Assembly: GCF_024521635.1 (NCBI RefSeq)
Contig: NW_026250445.1
Location: 1-64,000, forward strand
Origin: Tricharina praecox
Taxonomy: Eukaryota
Direction: 5' to 3'
Length of the DNA: 64,000 nt
A program made the position numbers and the translations under genes. Position 1 is the stretch's first letter. The number at the start of each line of letters is the position of its first letter. Positions 12,506 through 24,100 of this stretch are shown in pieces. Under the pieces are notes generated by a model. It saw only the letters and a program-made list of their open reading frames with translations, was not told the origin of the DNA and did not search any database.

Positions 12506-14465
12506 TTAGTTACAGCTATGGGCTCAAACTTCTCGATAGATACGCAAACGCCCGCTTCCCCTTCCGTTTCATTGATGATTGGACACTACCGGTACAGAGG
12601 GTACATGGGATAATAGGATTGGCACCTCCGCCGAAATGCGGATTGCGGAATGATGAGTGCGGCGGTGGCAGGTGGCAGGTGCGCGCTTGGAGCAGTGGAC
12701 AGGAAGTGTAGGTAAGGTGGCAGAATCCTGGATGCCTGGAAGGAAGACGGCGGAAATGAAACATGAAAGACTATGAGGAAGTGGAGGTTGTATTCAACTT
12801 CGAAGAGCCATCTGATATGACATGGCTCTCCTCCGCTGCCTACTCTACACGTTCGGTGTCACTCGACCCGGCTTGCCTCTCATCCTCCTATCTTATCAGA
12901 TCCTGCATCTATCCCACATGTGTTCCTCTCATGGTGGCGACAGACGACACAAGGGAGGGGGAGGGAAGGCTAGGGAGAGAAGGCTAGGGAGAGACGGCAA
13001 GGGACCTGGGAGAGAAACGAACTGGAAACGAAACAAAACGGTCGGTGTCGCGGCCGGGTGGCTGTAACTATGAATGTGGTTCTGTGAAGCTACGAAGGGT
13101 ACTCATACATCACACATCATAAAATAGCATTCATAATTAATGGCGGTGAATCGTCTCAAGCAATTGTAATGGCATTCGTCATCCACGGCGGTGAATCACC
13201 TCAAGTACTTATAATCATCCGCAAGCATTCGAACCATCTCCAGTTCTCCTCCGCTTCCCACCTCTGCCCATCTCCGGTCCTCCTCCGCTTTCCACCTCTA
13301 CACATCTCCAGTCCTCCTCCGTCTCCAGTTCTCCTCCGCTTCCACCTATGCCCATCCCCAGTCCTCCTTCATCTCCCAATAAATCCCCACCCTCTGCAAT
13401 TCATTACAGTGGGCGTAGGGGTCGTCACCACCCGCTGTCGCTTGGTTATCGAACTCGGCGAGAATTTTGTATTTGTGCCGGCCGCCACCATCCTTTGTGG
13501 CCGCGGCCATCCTCCGCTGAACACCAGTCATATCTATTACTTGTCAGCCCTCTACTACCTCTCGTGTCGAATGTGATAATTCTCGTACCTTCAAGCCGTC
13601 ATCGTCGGCATCTTGAGCTGGATAAAATCTATGCTCTTCGTGCGAAGACCGTATGCCCTCATCACCTCTTGTGACTTCTGAGTCATCCTGGGCCTCTTCT
13701 TCAGCTGGAGAGGGGTCGGACACAGCGAGCGGAACGTGTCCCGATGTTCCAATGACTTCCTGGTCTGGAGGAGACAGATCAGAATCCACAGATCCATCAG
13801 GCCGTTCGCTACAGGCGTGCCCGTCAGTACCCAGCGGGAATGGGCCTTTACAGCGTCGACGGTGTTGTAGTTCGCGCTCTCAATGCTCCGGATCGTTTGG
13901 GCCTCGTCCAGGACTATCAGTGCGTCGTTTCTCGGTGCGTCGTTGCGGTCGATGTACATATTCCGTGCGGAACTCCATTCGCCCTTTCCCTCAAGGACAC
14001 CTCGTGGCGTCCTCGGACCGGAAGAAGAAAATGCGAATCGAAGTCGCGGGTAAGTGAGAAGATGGGCCATTTTTGGCTGAGAAGATGAAGATGATGTTGT
14101 GTATAGAAGAGAAGAGGGAAGTAGAGTCGTGCGAACCGGTGAATATATAGGTGGAAACATTCCAAGAGCATCGAATCGGCGCTAGCGTGACGTTAGCGTA
14201 AAATTAGCGTACACACACGTGACCACACCCTACCCGTCGGCTTGAGTGACCGCTCACCATGTGTGATTATTCTGAGGGCTGTGATTAGAGAGTCTGTCCA
14301 GTGATCTAACAGTTTTACTCACTGATAAGATGTAACATCGCCGGCTGATGATGGGTGGTGATGGCTGGTGATGGCTGGTGATGGCTGGTGATGGCTGGTG
14401 GCTGGAGGTGCAGCTGCTCACTCGGTCACCTTATGTACTCATCCCACTTCGTCTTTGTTCGAAGA
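12506..14465. repeat. Dispersed ~1.95-kb repeat, copy 1 (direct copy at 55954-57893); putative non-autonomous mobile element
   Basis: Collinear similarity from ttagttacagc to ctttgttcgaaga in both copies, with unrelated flanks. Includes a (GGTGATGGCT)n tract near the right end. Confidence 0.9.
13591..14070 (-). pseudogene. SNF2-family helicase fragment (motifs II and III) inside repeat copy 1
   Basis: IVLDEAQTIRS...RWVLTGTPVANGLMDLW matches SNF2_N motifs II and III. No Walker A or C-terminal helicase domain. Frameshifted relative to copy 2. Confidence 0.7.
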
Positions 14466-15330
14466 GGGAGTTGACTTGCGTCTCTGGAGCACGAATCTTA
14501 CTGCTGTATCGATACGCGGCCTGTTCATACCAGGGTCCAGACTGGTCGCGATTGAACTTTGAAGCGCCCGGAGCAGGGGCTGACAGGCATTGGGTCTCAC
14601 TCGGCTGCATCGTTGCACGGTCACGATGACAAGTGTAATAGTAAAGTAAAGTATAGCAGTTCCACGTCACCTTGCCATCCAACTTCTGTCGCGTCCAGCG
14701 TCCACGAGCACCCATGAGCCGTAACCATGTACCTGCAGGCTGCAGCTCGTGTCCATGTTGCAATCCCGGAGGACCCGCCGGTGGTGGAGTACCACGGGGC
14801 TGACGTACATGGCCGTGTGGGTATCAGTGGCGATTTTCCAGATCTCGGTTTCGTCGGGTCATGTCCCTGGACGGAGAGCTCGACGAGTTATGTCATCGGT
14901 ACTCTACCGGATCTTCAATTTGGGTTGAATCATAACGGAACACTCGCAATCGCCTTTGTCGGACGTGATTCCTGAAAGTTGTCGGCAGAGGCGACGGTAA
15001 GGAGAATCTGGACTGCTCTGGGCCACTGTCTACTGCTGAATTGCATGCCGCTCTAACACATTACAGCCCAGGGACTATGACACCAGGTCCTGATGCGCCT
15101 GATGATTCATGAACACAGAGGACCTGCATTGCGGATAGCAAGGGGGGCGAACGACGACGTTGTGCCAATCGAAAGCCACCAGCCAAGCCTACGTAAGTAA
15201 TCGATTATCCACCGCAAACCCCATTCTGCATTACAATACGTTACATTACAATATCCTCCCCCAAGAAACCTACCGACACCCGCCCACCATCCGCAAGCCC
15301 TCACTCCGGCCGTATCGTCGTCTTGAGATC

Positions 15331-15857
15331 TCAACAGCAACGAAAGACAGTGAGACTGATTTGCGCACAGCAAGAAGAGCAGCACAGGATGGGGCGGTTG
15401 ATGTCGCAGGTCTCCCCGCTGATTGTGCACACTGGCTCGGGTGTGAGTGTAGGCGCGGGAGTCTCTGGCTCCGGGGTAGGAGTGGGAGTCTCCGGCTCGG
15501 GGGTAGGCGTGGGCGTGAGAGTCTCCGGCTTCGGGGTAGGCGTGGGCGTCTCCAGCTCCGGGGTGGGCGTGAGCGTGGGAGTTGGCGTGGGAATCTCGGG
15601 CTCGGGCTCGGGTCGCGGGCAGAGTTTTATATTGTACTTTTCGCATAGCGGCGCCAGAACTGCGGTCGATAATTAGTCTCAGTGTTCGCTCGCTATTCGC
15701 ATGGTCGTAGTTATGGGAGGGAGGGAGGCTTGCCCTCTGGGCAGCAGGCGGGTAGATCCGACGGTTTCGGGTGATAGTTGGGTTTGCAGGGGCTCGCGCT
15801 GACGGCGACGACGGCGACCAGGATGGCGAAGAGAGAGAGGAGTTGCAGGCGAGCCAT
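15331..15857 (-). CDS. Small secreted protein: Cys mini-domain, PT/PE-rich stalk, C-terminal 8-Cys knottin-like domain, 150 aa
   Basis: Exon 1 15857-15734 (MARLQLLSLFAILVAVVAVSA-SPCKP...ACCPE), GC-AG intron 15733-15660 (GCAAGC...ACTAAT...CAG), exon 2 15659-15331 (VLAPLCEKYNIKLCPRPEPEPEIPTPTPT...VCTISGETCDINRPILCCSSCCAQISLTVFRCC*). Total 453 nt, in frame. Confidence 0.8.
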
Positions 15858-18151
15858 GGTGTGAGCGAGTGTCGGTGAAAGAACGTGATCGGGGATGTCG
15901 TTCAAATGGCAGTGGATCCTGTGTATTTAAGCCCTGGGGAAACATAGGGGCTGGTCCATACATAGATCTCCGGATTCATGCAAGGTACAAGCTTTCACTA
16001 GAGCATGCAAAGGTGCTCGTCAGGAGAGGTTTCGCCTATTTTTTACGCTATTACATGCTTAACCTTCAGCGGGTAAGGGCTTATACTCGTGGGTTTCTCG
16101 GCACGCGTGGGTATGAATGATGACCACTAGACTAAACTTGTACATACGGCAAGATCACGGGATACTGTGGCTGGGTGTAGATGATTCTTTCCCACCGTCT
16201 TCATGCCGTCGGCACCGTCCTCTATCTAATACTTTATGTGTCCGCCTCTACTTTCAATAAAGTACCATATCAGGTGTGTTTGAATACCTAGGCAGTCTGG
16301 TGTCCGGCAGCCTGGTACCCGGCAGCGCGGTGCCCCGAAAAGGTCTCGGGCCTGGCTTGCTAGTGCTATGTATTTACTTTCCCTCTAAATAACCAGCTAA
16401 TCCAACAGTTATGTGTATCTATGGCGGGTAGCTTTTTGGCTGGTGATTATGGCGCTGTTCGCACGGTTGTTGGATTGCTACCTGGAATAGTAGCTAATAG
16501 TACTAGCAGTTCAGGAGTGTTCCGCGCATTGGTATCTGTGGCTTGTACATAACTACGTGGCTTGTAAGGGCTAGGTAAGGTCATAGGGAGTCTAGACATA
16601 CATCGGAGTCTTCTTCCGCTGAAAGGTCTTTCTTCCTGGCCATGCATGTGAGGAATGCATGATTATTGGCCAAATATTATTGCTCTGGCCGCTGTGCGAA
16701 ACGATGTTACCGGCTTTTTAATTGACTGCGGTCTGCACACTCGATCCATGGCGGCTTCAGTTTCTAGTCGTCAACTACCGCTACGGAGTATTGTGGCCCC
16801 ATTGGGATACCCCATGTTCTGGAGTCACCAGCCGGCCGGGTCTCGACTTAGCCTCAAGAACCTGAAGATGATGGGGGCGGGACGGGAGAGGGCAATTTGT
16901 GAAACGTATGTGCATGATGGAGACCAGTAAACCACATGGACTGTGATATGCCCACGGATCAAGTCGTTTCGTTCAACATAGGATCTCGTACATACCATCG
17001 AATTCCTCTCGGCGTATCTGGCGGTAGGTACTCTGCAGTGCGTCGCCTACTTTAGCAGCCAGCCTCACTGCCGCTCCGTGCTCCCAAATTTACCCGCGAT
17101 GTACTGATAACCCGCGTTTGTCTCGCCAGCTTTTGGAAGCACTATGGTCGGGCACACCAAATTGCGGACTCGCGGAGGGCGCGACATTCATTCCTGCTTA
17201 GTAACATACACAATATACCCTGCCGAACCGAGTGACTGATATGATTTCTTCGATCTTGACCATCCAAGCGACATTCCTTCCAAAACACCAGTCTCTTCTC
17301 TACAACCACAAGTTGCCGGCGGGAAGAAACGAATGTGGTTTGTACTATACCTAGTATAGTAGGTATCAACGTTGACAGGCAAGGCGGGGCCTTCTTCTTC
17401 TTCTTCTACTTCTTCTTTCTTGATCGTCATCTATCAAATAGGCGGCCAACCCCCCATCCCCACACTCTCCTCTGTGTGTGCTCCCTTCCTCGCCACGCCT
17501 GTTCGCCTGGAGAGGCATTGGCGAAGAGCCCTTAAAAAGGCGTCACTTCCTGCACGCCATCGGTCGCACCGGGGGCCATGAAAGATAAGCAGCCCACATT
17601 GCTGGCGAATCATAATCCCTAGGGGAATATCGTGTGTCTGTTTCAGTCCAATTGCGGCAGCTAATTCGAGCCGCTCAAGGGCACGCTCGACTGTGCGGAT
17701 CTCAACAAACGGGATTCTGGATTCCAATACGGTACTGCTCTATAGCGGAGTACTTCGAGTACTGACAACTGTGTCTCAGAGGTGTTGAATCGGCCGATTC
17801 TTGAGTGCGCAGAGATTCGGCATAGGCTCCAGAGCGCAGATCGGAGTTCCAGAAGGATGGCGCGCATTCAAAGGGGGCTTATTGGTGAATGTCGCGGGCA
17901 AGCCTATGATTTCTTTTTCTTTTTCTGCTGTCACCTTCAGTTTTGGCCGTGTGTGCTTCTAGGCATCTATCCATGTTGCTTACACACCTACAATCAGCGC
18001 AGCCTGGGGTTTCCTGGGGTTTCCCACACCACATGCCGGGTGCTTGGTGTCTCTCGCTTTGCTCTTGACTGGAATCCTCCGAGTCGAGTTTACTCTCAAC
18101 AACTACAACCCCGTACTACAGCATTCGACGATCTCCGGACTGTGCACTGTA

Positions 18152-21100
18152 ATGGCGCTGATGAAATTGATTTTGGCGATGGTTCTGGTTGTGGTTCTGG
18201 CCGGCGCTGCGGCCCCAGAACAGGTAGTACCTGCTACTTTGACCGCGCCGCCCGGCGGCAGTGATGAAGAAAAATATCAAGCTGGAGCTGAGTTTAATAA
18301 TAACTTGGTCTCGGATCTCTCGCCGTAAGGACAGCGTATTGCCCTATCATTTCTTATCACGCTGACGTCCTCGCCTAGACTACTCGCACTGTGATATCCC
18401 TCACATCCTCGCATTCGATGTTCCGCTTCTGACGAAATCGCAGCTTTGGTGAGCGGTTCGCCCAGCAGTTCATGAGCGTCTCCACTAGCTGGGTCGACAG
18501 TTTGATCTTCTCAATGGCTCCCTTGGGCGTTATCACCGCCATTGTCGGTATGCTTCACCGCGTTTCCAGCGCAATGCCCTCGTTCAAACTTCACGGTTGA
18601 CTCTCGTAGGGGCTATCAGGGTCGGCGGGCCATCGTGGCTGCGTGGAATTATTGGTCGAGCGAGGGAGACCCGTGCAGCCGCGGAGGTTGAGCTGATGTC
18701 ATCGACATCTCATGAAGGTCGGTCGGTCGAAACTAAAAACCGATGTGAGAGCCGGGAGCTTCGGGCTGATGCATTTAGTGTGCGAGATCTGGAATGGTGA
18801 TGCAATCGTTCGTGTGATGGGATCACCTCAAATCCAGCAACTTCTCTATTTCGAGAATGTTCCCGACAACCTTCTCGAGAAGATCAAAAAGCGGAGGTCA
18901 GCTGAGGGTAGTACGTCGACCCGGAGCTGTTACTCAGGCTGCCCGTCGGCTGCGGAATCGGGCACTGTGAACAGTGGTACTTTCGAGACGGTGCGAGATG
19001 TCGAGCTGTCGGAGATCAAGCAGAAGTTTCATGTTTTCACCCTCAAGGAAGCCGAAGACCTTGGGCTCATCTTCAACAAGTCGAAAGAACCGTCGAAGTG
19101 GGAGCAATGGCGCAAGTGGGTGATTGATCAGCTGAACAAGTACCTAGTCAAATATTGGAGAGAACAACGGGGGCGATTCTCCCGAACGCATGATGGCGAC
19201 GGCGGCGAGGCCGGCGATAAAAATGTCATGCACGTACAGTCGAAGTACGATGCTCCGAATATCTCGATGAATCTCAGTGTCCTGAAGAAGCCCTGGGAGC
19301 TCTACTTGGCTGCCGCGGTCGGAGTCTTGAGCCAGGCTGCTGTGATCGTTGTGGCCACCTATGCGGCCTATACACCCCACTTGCAGTTCAACAAGACTGG
19401 TCTCACAGTTCAAAAATACTCGTACCGTCAGTCACAAAACAGACTTCCGATTAATCGTGATGCGGAAATGCTGATCCAATTGTAATAGCGCTGACTTCCA
19501 TCGGAACCTTGTTACTTGTAACCGGAATGTTTATAGCGGCGTCGGTCGTAGAACGGAGTACCCACGAAGATACATACGAGAAACGCTCGGAAATGGTGGA
19601 TGCGAGGCTTTTTATATTCTGGTGAGAGCGGATAACTTGGGCGTCTTCACCGTGAGCTAGGACTGACCGAAATAGGATACAAAGAGGCCGTGTAATCAAC
19701 GACCAAACGTTTGATTCCTATGCGATAATTGCGGACGGCCCTGTCGATACGGTCAGGACATCCAGCCGTCAGCCATCTCACAAGGACTCGGACTCCCACG
19801 CCTCACCTCTCATGCGTGGGTTTACCGTCTTGGGAACAGTCACCTCGGTCGTGGGGTTTATATTCCAATTCATTGGTCTGCGGGGCATGCACTGGTGATT
19901 AAAGCCTTGACCTTGAAAAGTTGATGGACTAATTGAAGTTGCAGGTCGGCTTCAACAGCACAATTGGGAGCAACAATTCTCATGACAATTGTGAGGGCGC
20001 TCCTCCGTCGCGGAATGGCAAAACGACCGTCTTCGGTAAAGTTAGCAAATGAATTCGAGTTGGAGTGGCTCGCTACCGAATTAGCGAAACACAAGAACGA
20101 CTTCGGGTCACACTTCAGCAAACGCAGCAACACTCGAGCCATGCAGTCTCATGAGGATGAACATTCATGGCGCACGTTTAGGGTCATCACCGGTGGAATA
20201 CCTACTGATAAAACAAACGATCCCGGTAAAGAGTCGGTACCCACCGATACAACAGGAGGAGCACGGTGCTCCTTCCCAGCACCCGATATCCCTGATACAT
20301 CGAGACCAACCTCTCGCCAGCAAGTCAGTAACCCACAGTCCTCGCTTACTGTACGTAACCGACTGGGTCGGAAACCGTCTGTACGAAAGTCCGATGCGCA
20401 TACAGTACAGGAAAACTCCGACGGAACGGCTACGCCATCAGTCCAAGGCCAATATCGTATCCTTGAACGCTTGTTTGACTGGCTTCACCGGTCGGTCGGG
20501 CAACGACCTGCGGATCCAGTGCAGAAAACTCCCCAGGAAGCGCTCCTGAGCGCCCAGGACCTGGTGGATGTTCGCCAACGCGTCGGTCAACTTAGCCAGT
20601 GGACAGGTCCCGCATCCGACGCCGCAGTCGCCGCAGCTAATGCGATCGAAGTGGTCATGAACACGCTTTTTCCACCGAAAATCACATTATTAAAAGAGTT
20701 CAGTTGGCCCTTGGATGTTCGGATTGGGTGTGGTTGTAGCATGGAAGCCCTGGGAAGTGGTGGTACATCGTGCACAAGCAACCTTACATCAAAGTCTTCA
20801 GAGGACCAGCAAATCTTCCTTCGAGCAGAAGTGGTCCATAAGGATGGCAAGAAGTTCTGGCTGGCAAACGTCGATCGGATTGAGGCGCTATTATCGCTCT
20901 GGCTGCGTCATGCCCATGGTTCGGAGGAGGCAGCGCCGAAGATCGAGTCGGACAGCGGCAAGCCTGACACAAACTGGCTTCGACACAAACCACGAAAACA
21001 AAGCATGTTATTTCTGGGTCCTGACACCCTCCTTCTTCGCAGGGACCTGAGGTGGTGGGTACCAGGTGGCGCTGCCGGACTTCTGGAAGTGAGTATGAGA

Positions 21101-24100
21101 TCATCTGAACAGACGACTACTCCTGATGCAGAACCCAACATCTACCGTATAGATAGGCATAGGATCACCGGCCTCCATTGCCCAGGAAACTTCAATCTTG
21201 ATGACGGCGCGAGCACAGGTGGTTGCAGCAACGGACTCAAACTCATCAGCTTCGAATGCCGCACCTTGTCTTTAGACGACCCGGGGTCGACTCCTGGCTC
21301 CGATAAGCCGGCCGATATGGACCCACTGATTTCCGGTACCGGTCCGGAGACCACCGGTTCCAACGGTCTCGACCAGGCCTCCCGAGATACCAAAGCGATT
21401 TCACTGGGTGTAGTGACAACTACACCAAAAGAGTTACTGTTCGCGCAGCACATCTTCACTGCCTTCATGATGGCGGCCGCGACGAAATTGGATCGAATCG
21501 GCGGGAAGTCGGCCGCTTCTCAAGAAACGGCTCACAACCGTCCCTCCGCCTGGCGGCATTTCCGACTTCAGAATACGGTGATTGCCAAGATCGCGCTGGG
21601 TGTACAAAACGCTGGTCTCACGAGAAGCCTCGAGGAATCATATCTCTGCATCATTCCCCCGCTGAGCTGGCAGCACAAGCTTCCAGTTGGTGCTGCCGTC
21701 GACTTGGTGCTTCGGAATCTGGAACAGTTCGAGGATGTCCTGAATTGGGAGAAGTCCACGGACATCTATCTGGAATTGCTTCACGTAGCACACCATTTCG
21801 GCTCGCCTTCCGAGTGTCCCTTCGCCCTAAAGGCAGCGGTCGCCGTCGTGGAGTACTTGAGGAGGATAGTCAATACTCAGCAACTCTACTCTAAAGACCA
21901 CCCGGACTGGACGAAGTTGGAACTTCAAGCGGTGAACGTGAGAAAAGGTCTAAAAGAACTCGTGTGCGAACCAGTCCAAGCATCATTACGTTTGATATAC
22001 AAACACCAGGACCGAGGGGAAGAATATCAAAAGCTTCTCGCCTATACGGCGGACGCCGGAGTGAAAGAGACGCCGATGGCTTCCTCCGTTGGGTTTTCGG
22101 AGTTGCACGAAAAGATCTATTCCGGAAAACAATGGAAGCCGGAGGAAGGCATCAGAGACTGGAATGAGCAGGATATCCTGGGGTGGTCACCATTGCATTA
22201 TGCAATATGTCGGAATAATAACTGCGTAGAGTATGACTACCGAAGATTATTCACTGGGGTGTATTACGCTTGCTAACCGGCTTTTTTAGTGCTCTGATAC
22301 AGCAGGGCGCTGATACGGACCTCCAAGATATATCAGGTTGGACTGCCTTACACTACGCGGCTCGGAAAGGAAAGGCCGCCCCCGGAATGTCGCTCGTGAA
22401 GAGCGCACAAGTCGAGGCTCGCGCACGAGACGGGACATTTCCACTACATTGGGCTGCCAAACATGGACACGAGTTCGTCGAGGCGTTACTGCGGCAAAAG
22501 GCACGGGTTGATGTTCAAGATGCCACCAACCGAACACCACTGCATTGGGCAGCTCTGGCGAAGAATAACCTCGCCGTGGATTTGCTGATGCGGGCTCGCG
22601 CTTCGCGGGCCATCCTGGATTTTCAGCAAATGACACCTCTCCATCTTGCGGCTACCACTGGAGACCACGCGTGTATAAAGTTGTTGTTGGATGGCTCTGA
22701 CTTGGAGGCGAAGGACCAGAGCCAAAGGACCCCAATCATGCTGGCCGCATTGAACGGCCACAGGAAGGCTGTGGAATTTCTGTCGGAGAAGAATGCCGAC
22801 ATCAAGGCCAAGGACTGCGAAGGCATGATGGCACTCCATCTGGCGGTCTCGAGGGGTCACGATGCGCTCGTTGAGCTACTGCTTGATATCGACAGCGAAG
22901 CTCAAGGGTGTGAGAGTACCGATAAGAAAGAGACTGAGGGTTCCAGTAAGAAGGACGGGGAAACAACCCGGGGTGCTGACGAGATTAAGCACAATATCGA
23001 CGATACTGATGGGAAGCATGTGGAAACGACCAAGGGCATTTGCAACGTGTATAAGGAAGCCACCGACAAGTCCGGGCGGACTCCGCTCCACATCGCAGCA
23101 TTTTATGGCAGAGACTCCACACTTAAACTATTGCTCGGGAAAAAGGTCAACACGCAAGCGAAAGACAACGCGGGGAACTCGGCATTATACATCGCTCTAT
23201 TGAAAGGACATGAGAAGGCTGCGCGAGTGTTGCTGGACGCTGATCGCTTCGATATCCAGAGCAAAAACGAGGAAGGACAGACGCTACTTCATTCCGCAGT
23301 CCTGAGCGGGCCAGAGTCAGTCCAGTTACTGTTGACTTTGGGTGTCGACATCCAAGCCAAGAATGATATTGGTCGGACAGCACTCCATCTCGCGGCGATG
23401 AATGGGCGTAAAGAGGTTTCAATCATGTTACTGAGGGGTGTGGTAGAACAGGGGGGTGGGGTAGCAAAGGAAGGTGCCAGGGTAGACGTGAACCAGAAGG
23501 ATAACGGAGGGCGAACTGCAATTCATCTTGCAGCACTAAATGGCCATAAAGATATCATTTCGCTCTTACTCGATCAAGGCTCCGACCCGGATGCCATCGA
23601 CAACGATTCGGAAACGGCAATCCACATTGCTTGCGAAAATGATCACGTTTCGGTTACACGACTGTTACTCGACAAAGTAACAAGAACCACTATCGATGCT
23701 CAAAACAAAGCTGGACAGACAGCGTTGAACCTAACTGTCTTACGAGGAAACGAACAACTTGTCGATATACTCCTCAAGCATAAGCATCGCGCCTCGCCCG
23801 AGATCGTAAACGGCATCGGGAATACTCCATTACTCTCTGCCATTAAGTACGCGGTAAATGATGTTGCTTTGGTCAAAAGCTTGCTCGCTCATCGTGCGAA
23901 CACCGAACCACGAGACACTGAAGGATGCACGGCGCTTCATTGTGCCGTCGGAATGGGAAACATCGAAATCGTCAAGCTCCTACTCTCAAACAGGGCCGAT
24001 GTGCATGCCCGGGATAGCCAGCAGAATACAGCACTACATCTAGCAGCTGAGAACCTCTCTGGGGAGGCTGTTGAATTACTTCTCAAAAACGGAGCAGATA

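Noticed and set aside
15107..15676. ORF-track proteins with GVGVGVSG or HAHAYP repeats
   Set aside because: Antisense and alternative-frame shadows of the PT-rich exon 2 of the minus-strand knottin-like gene.
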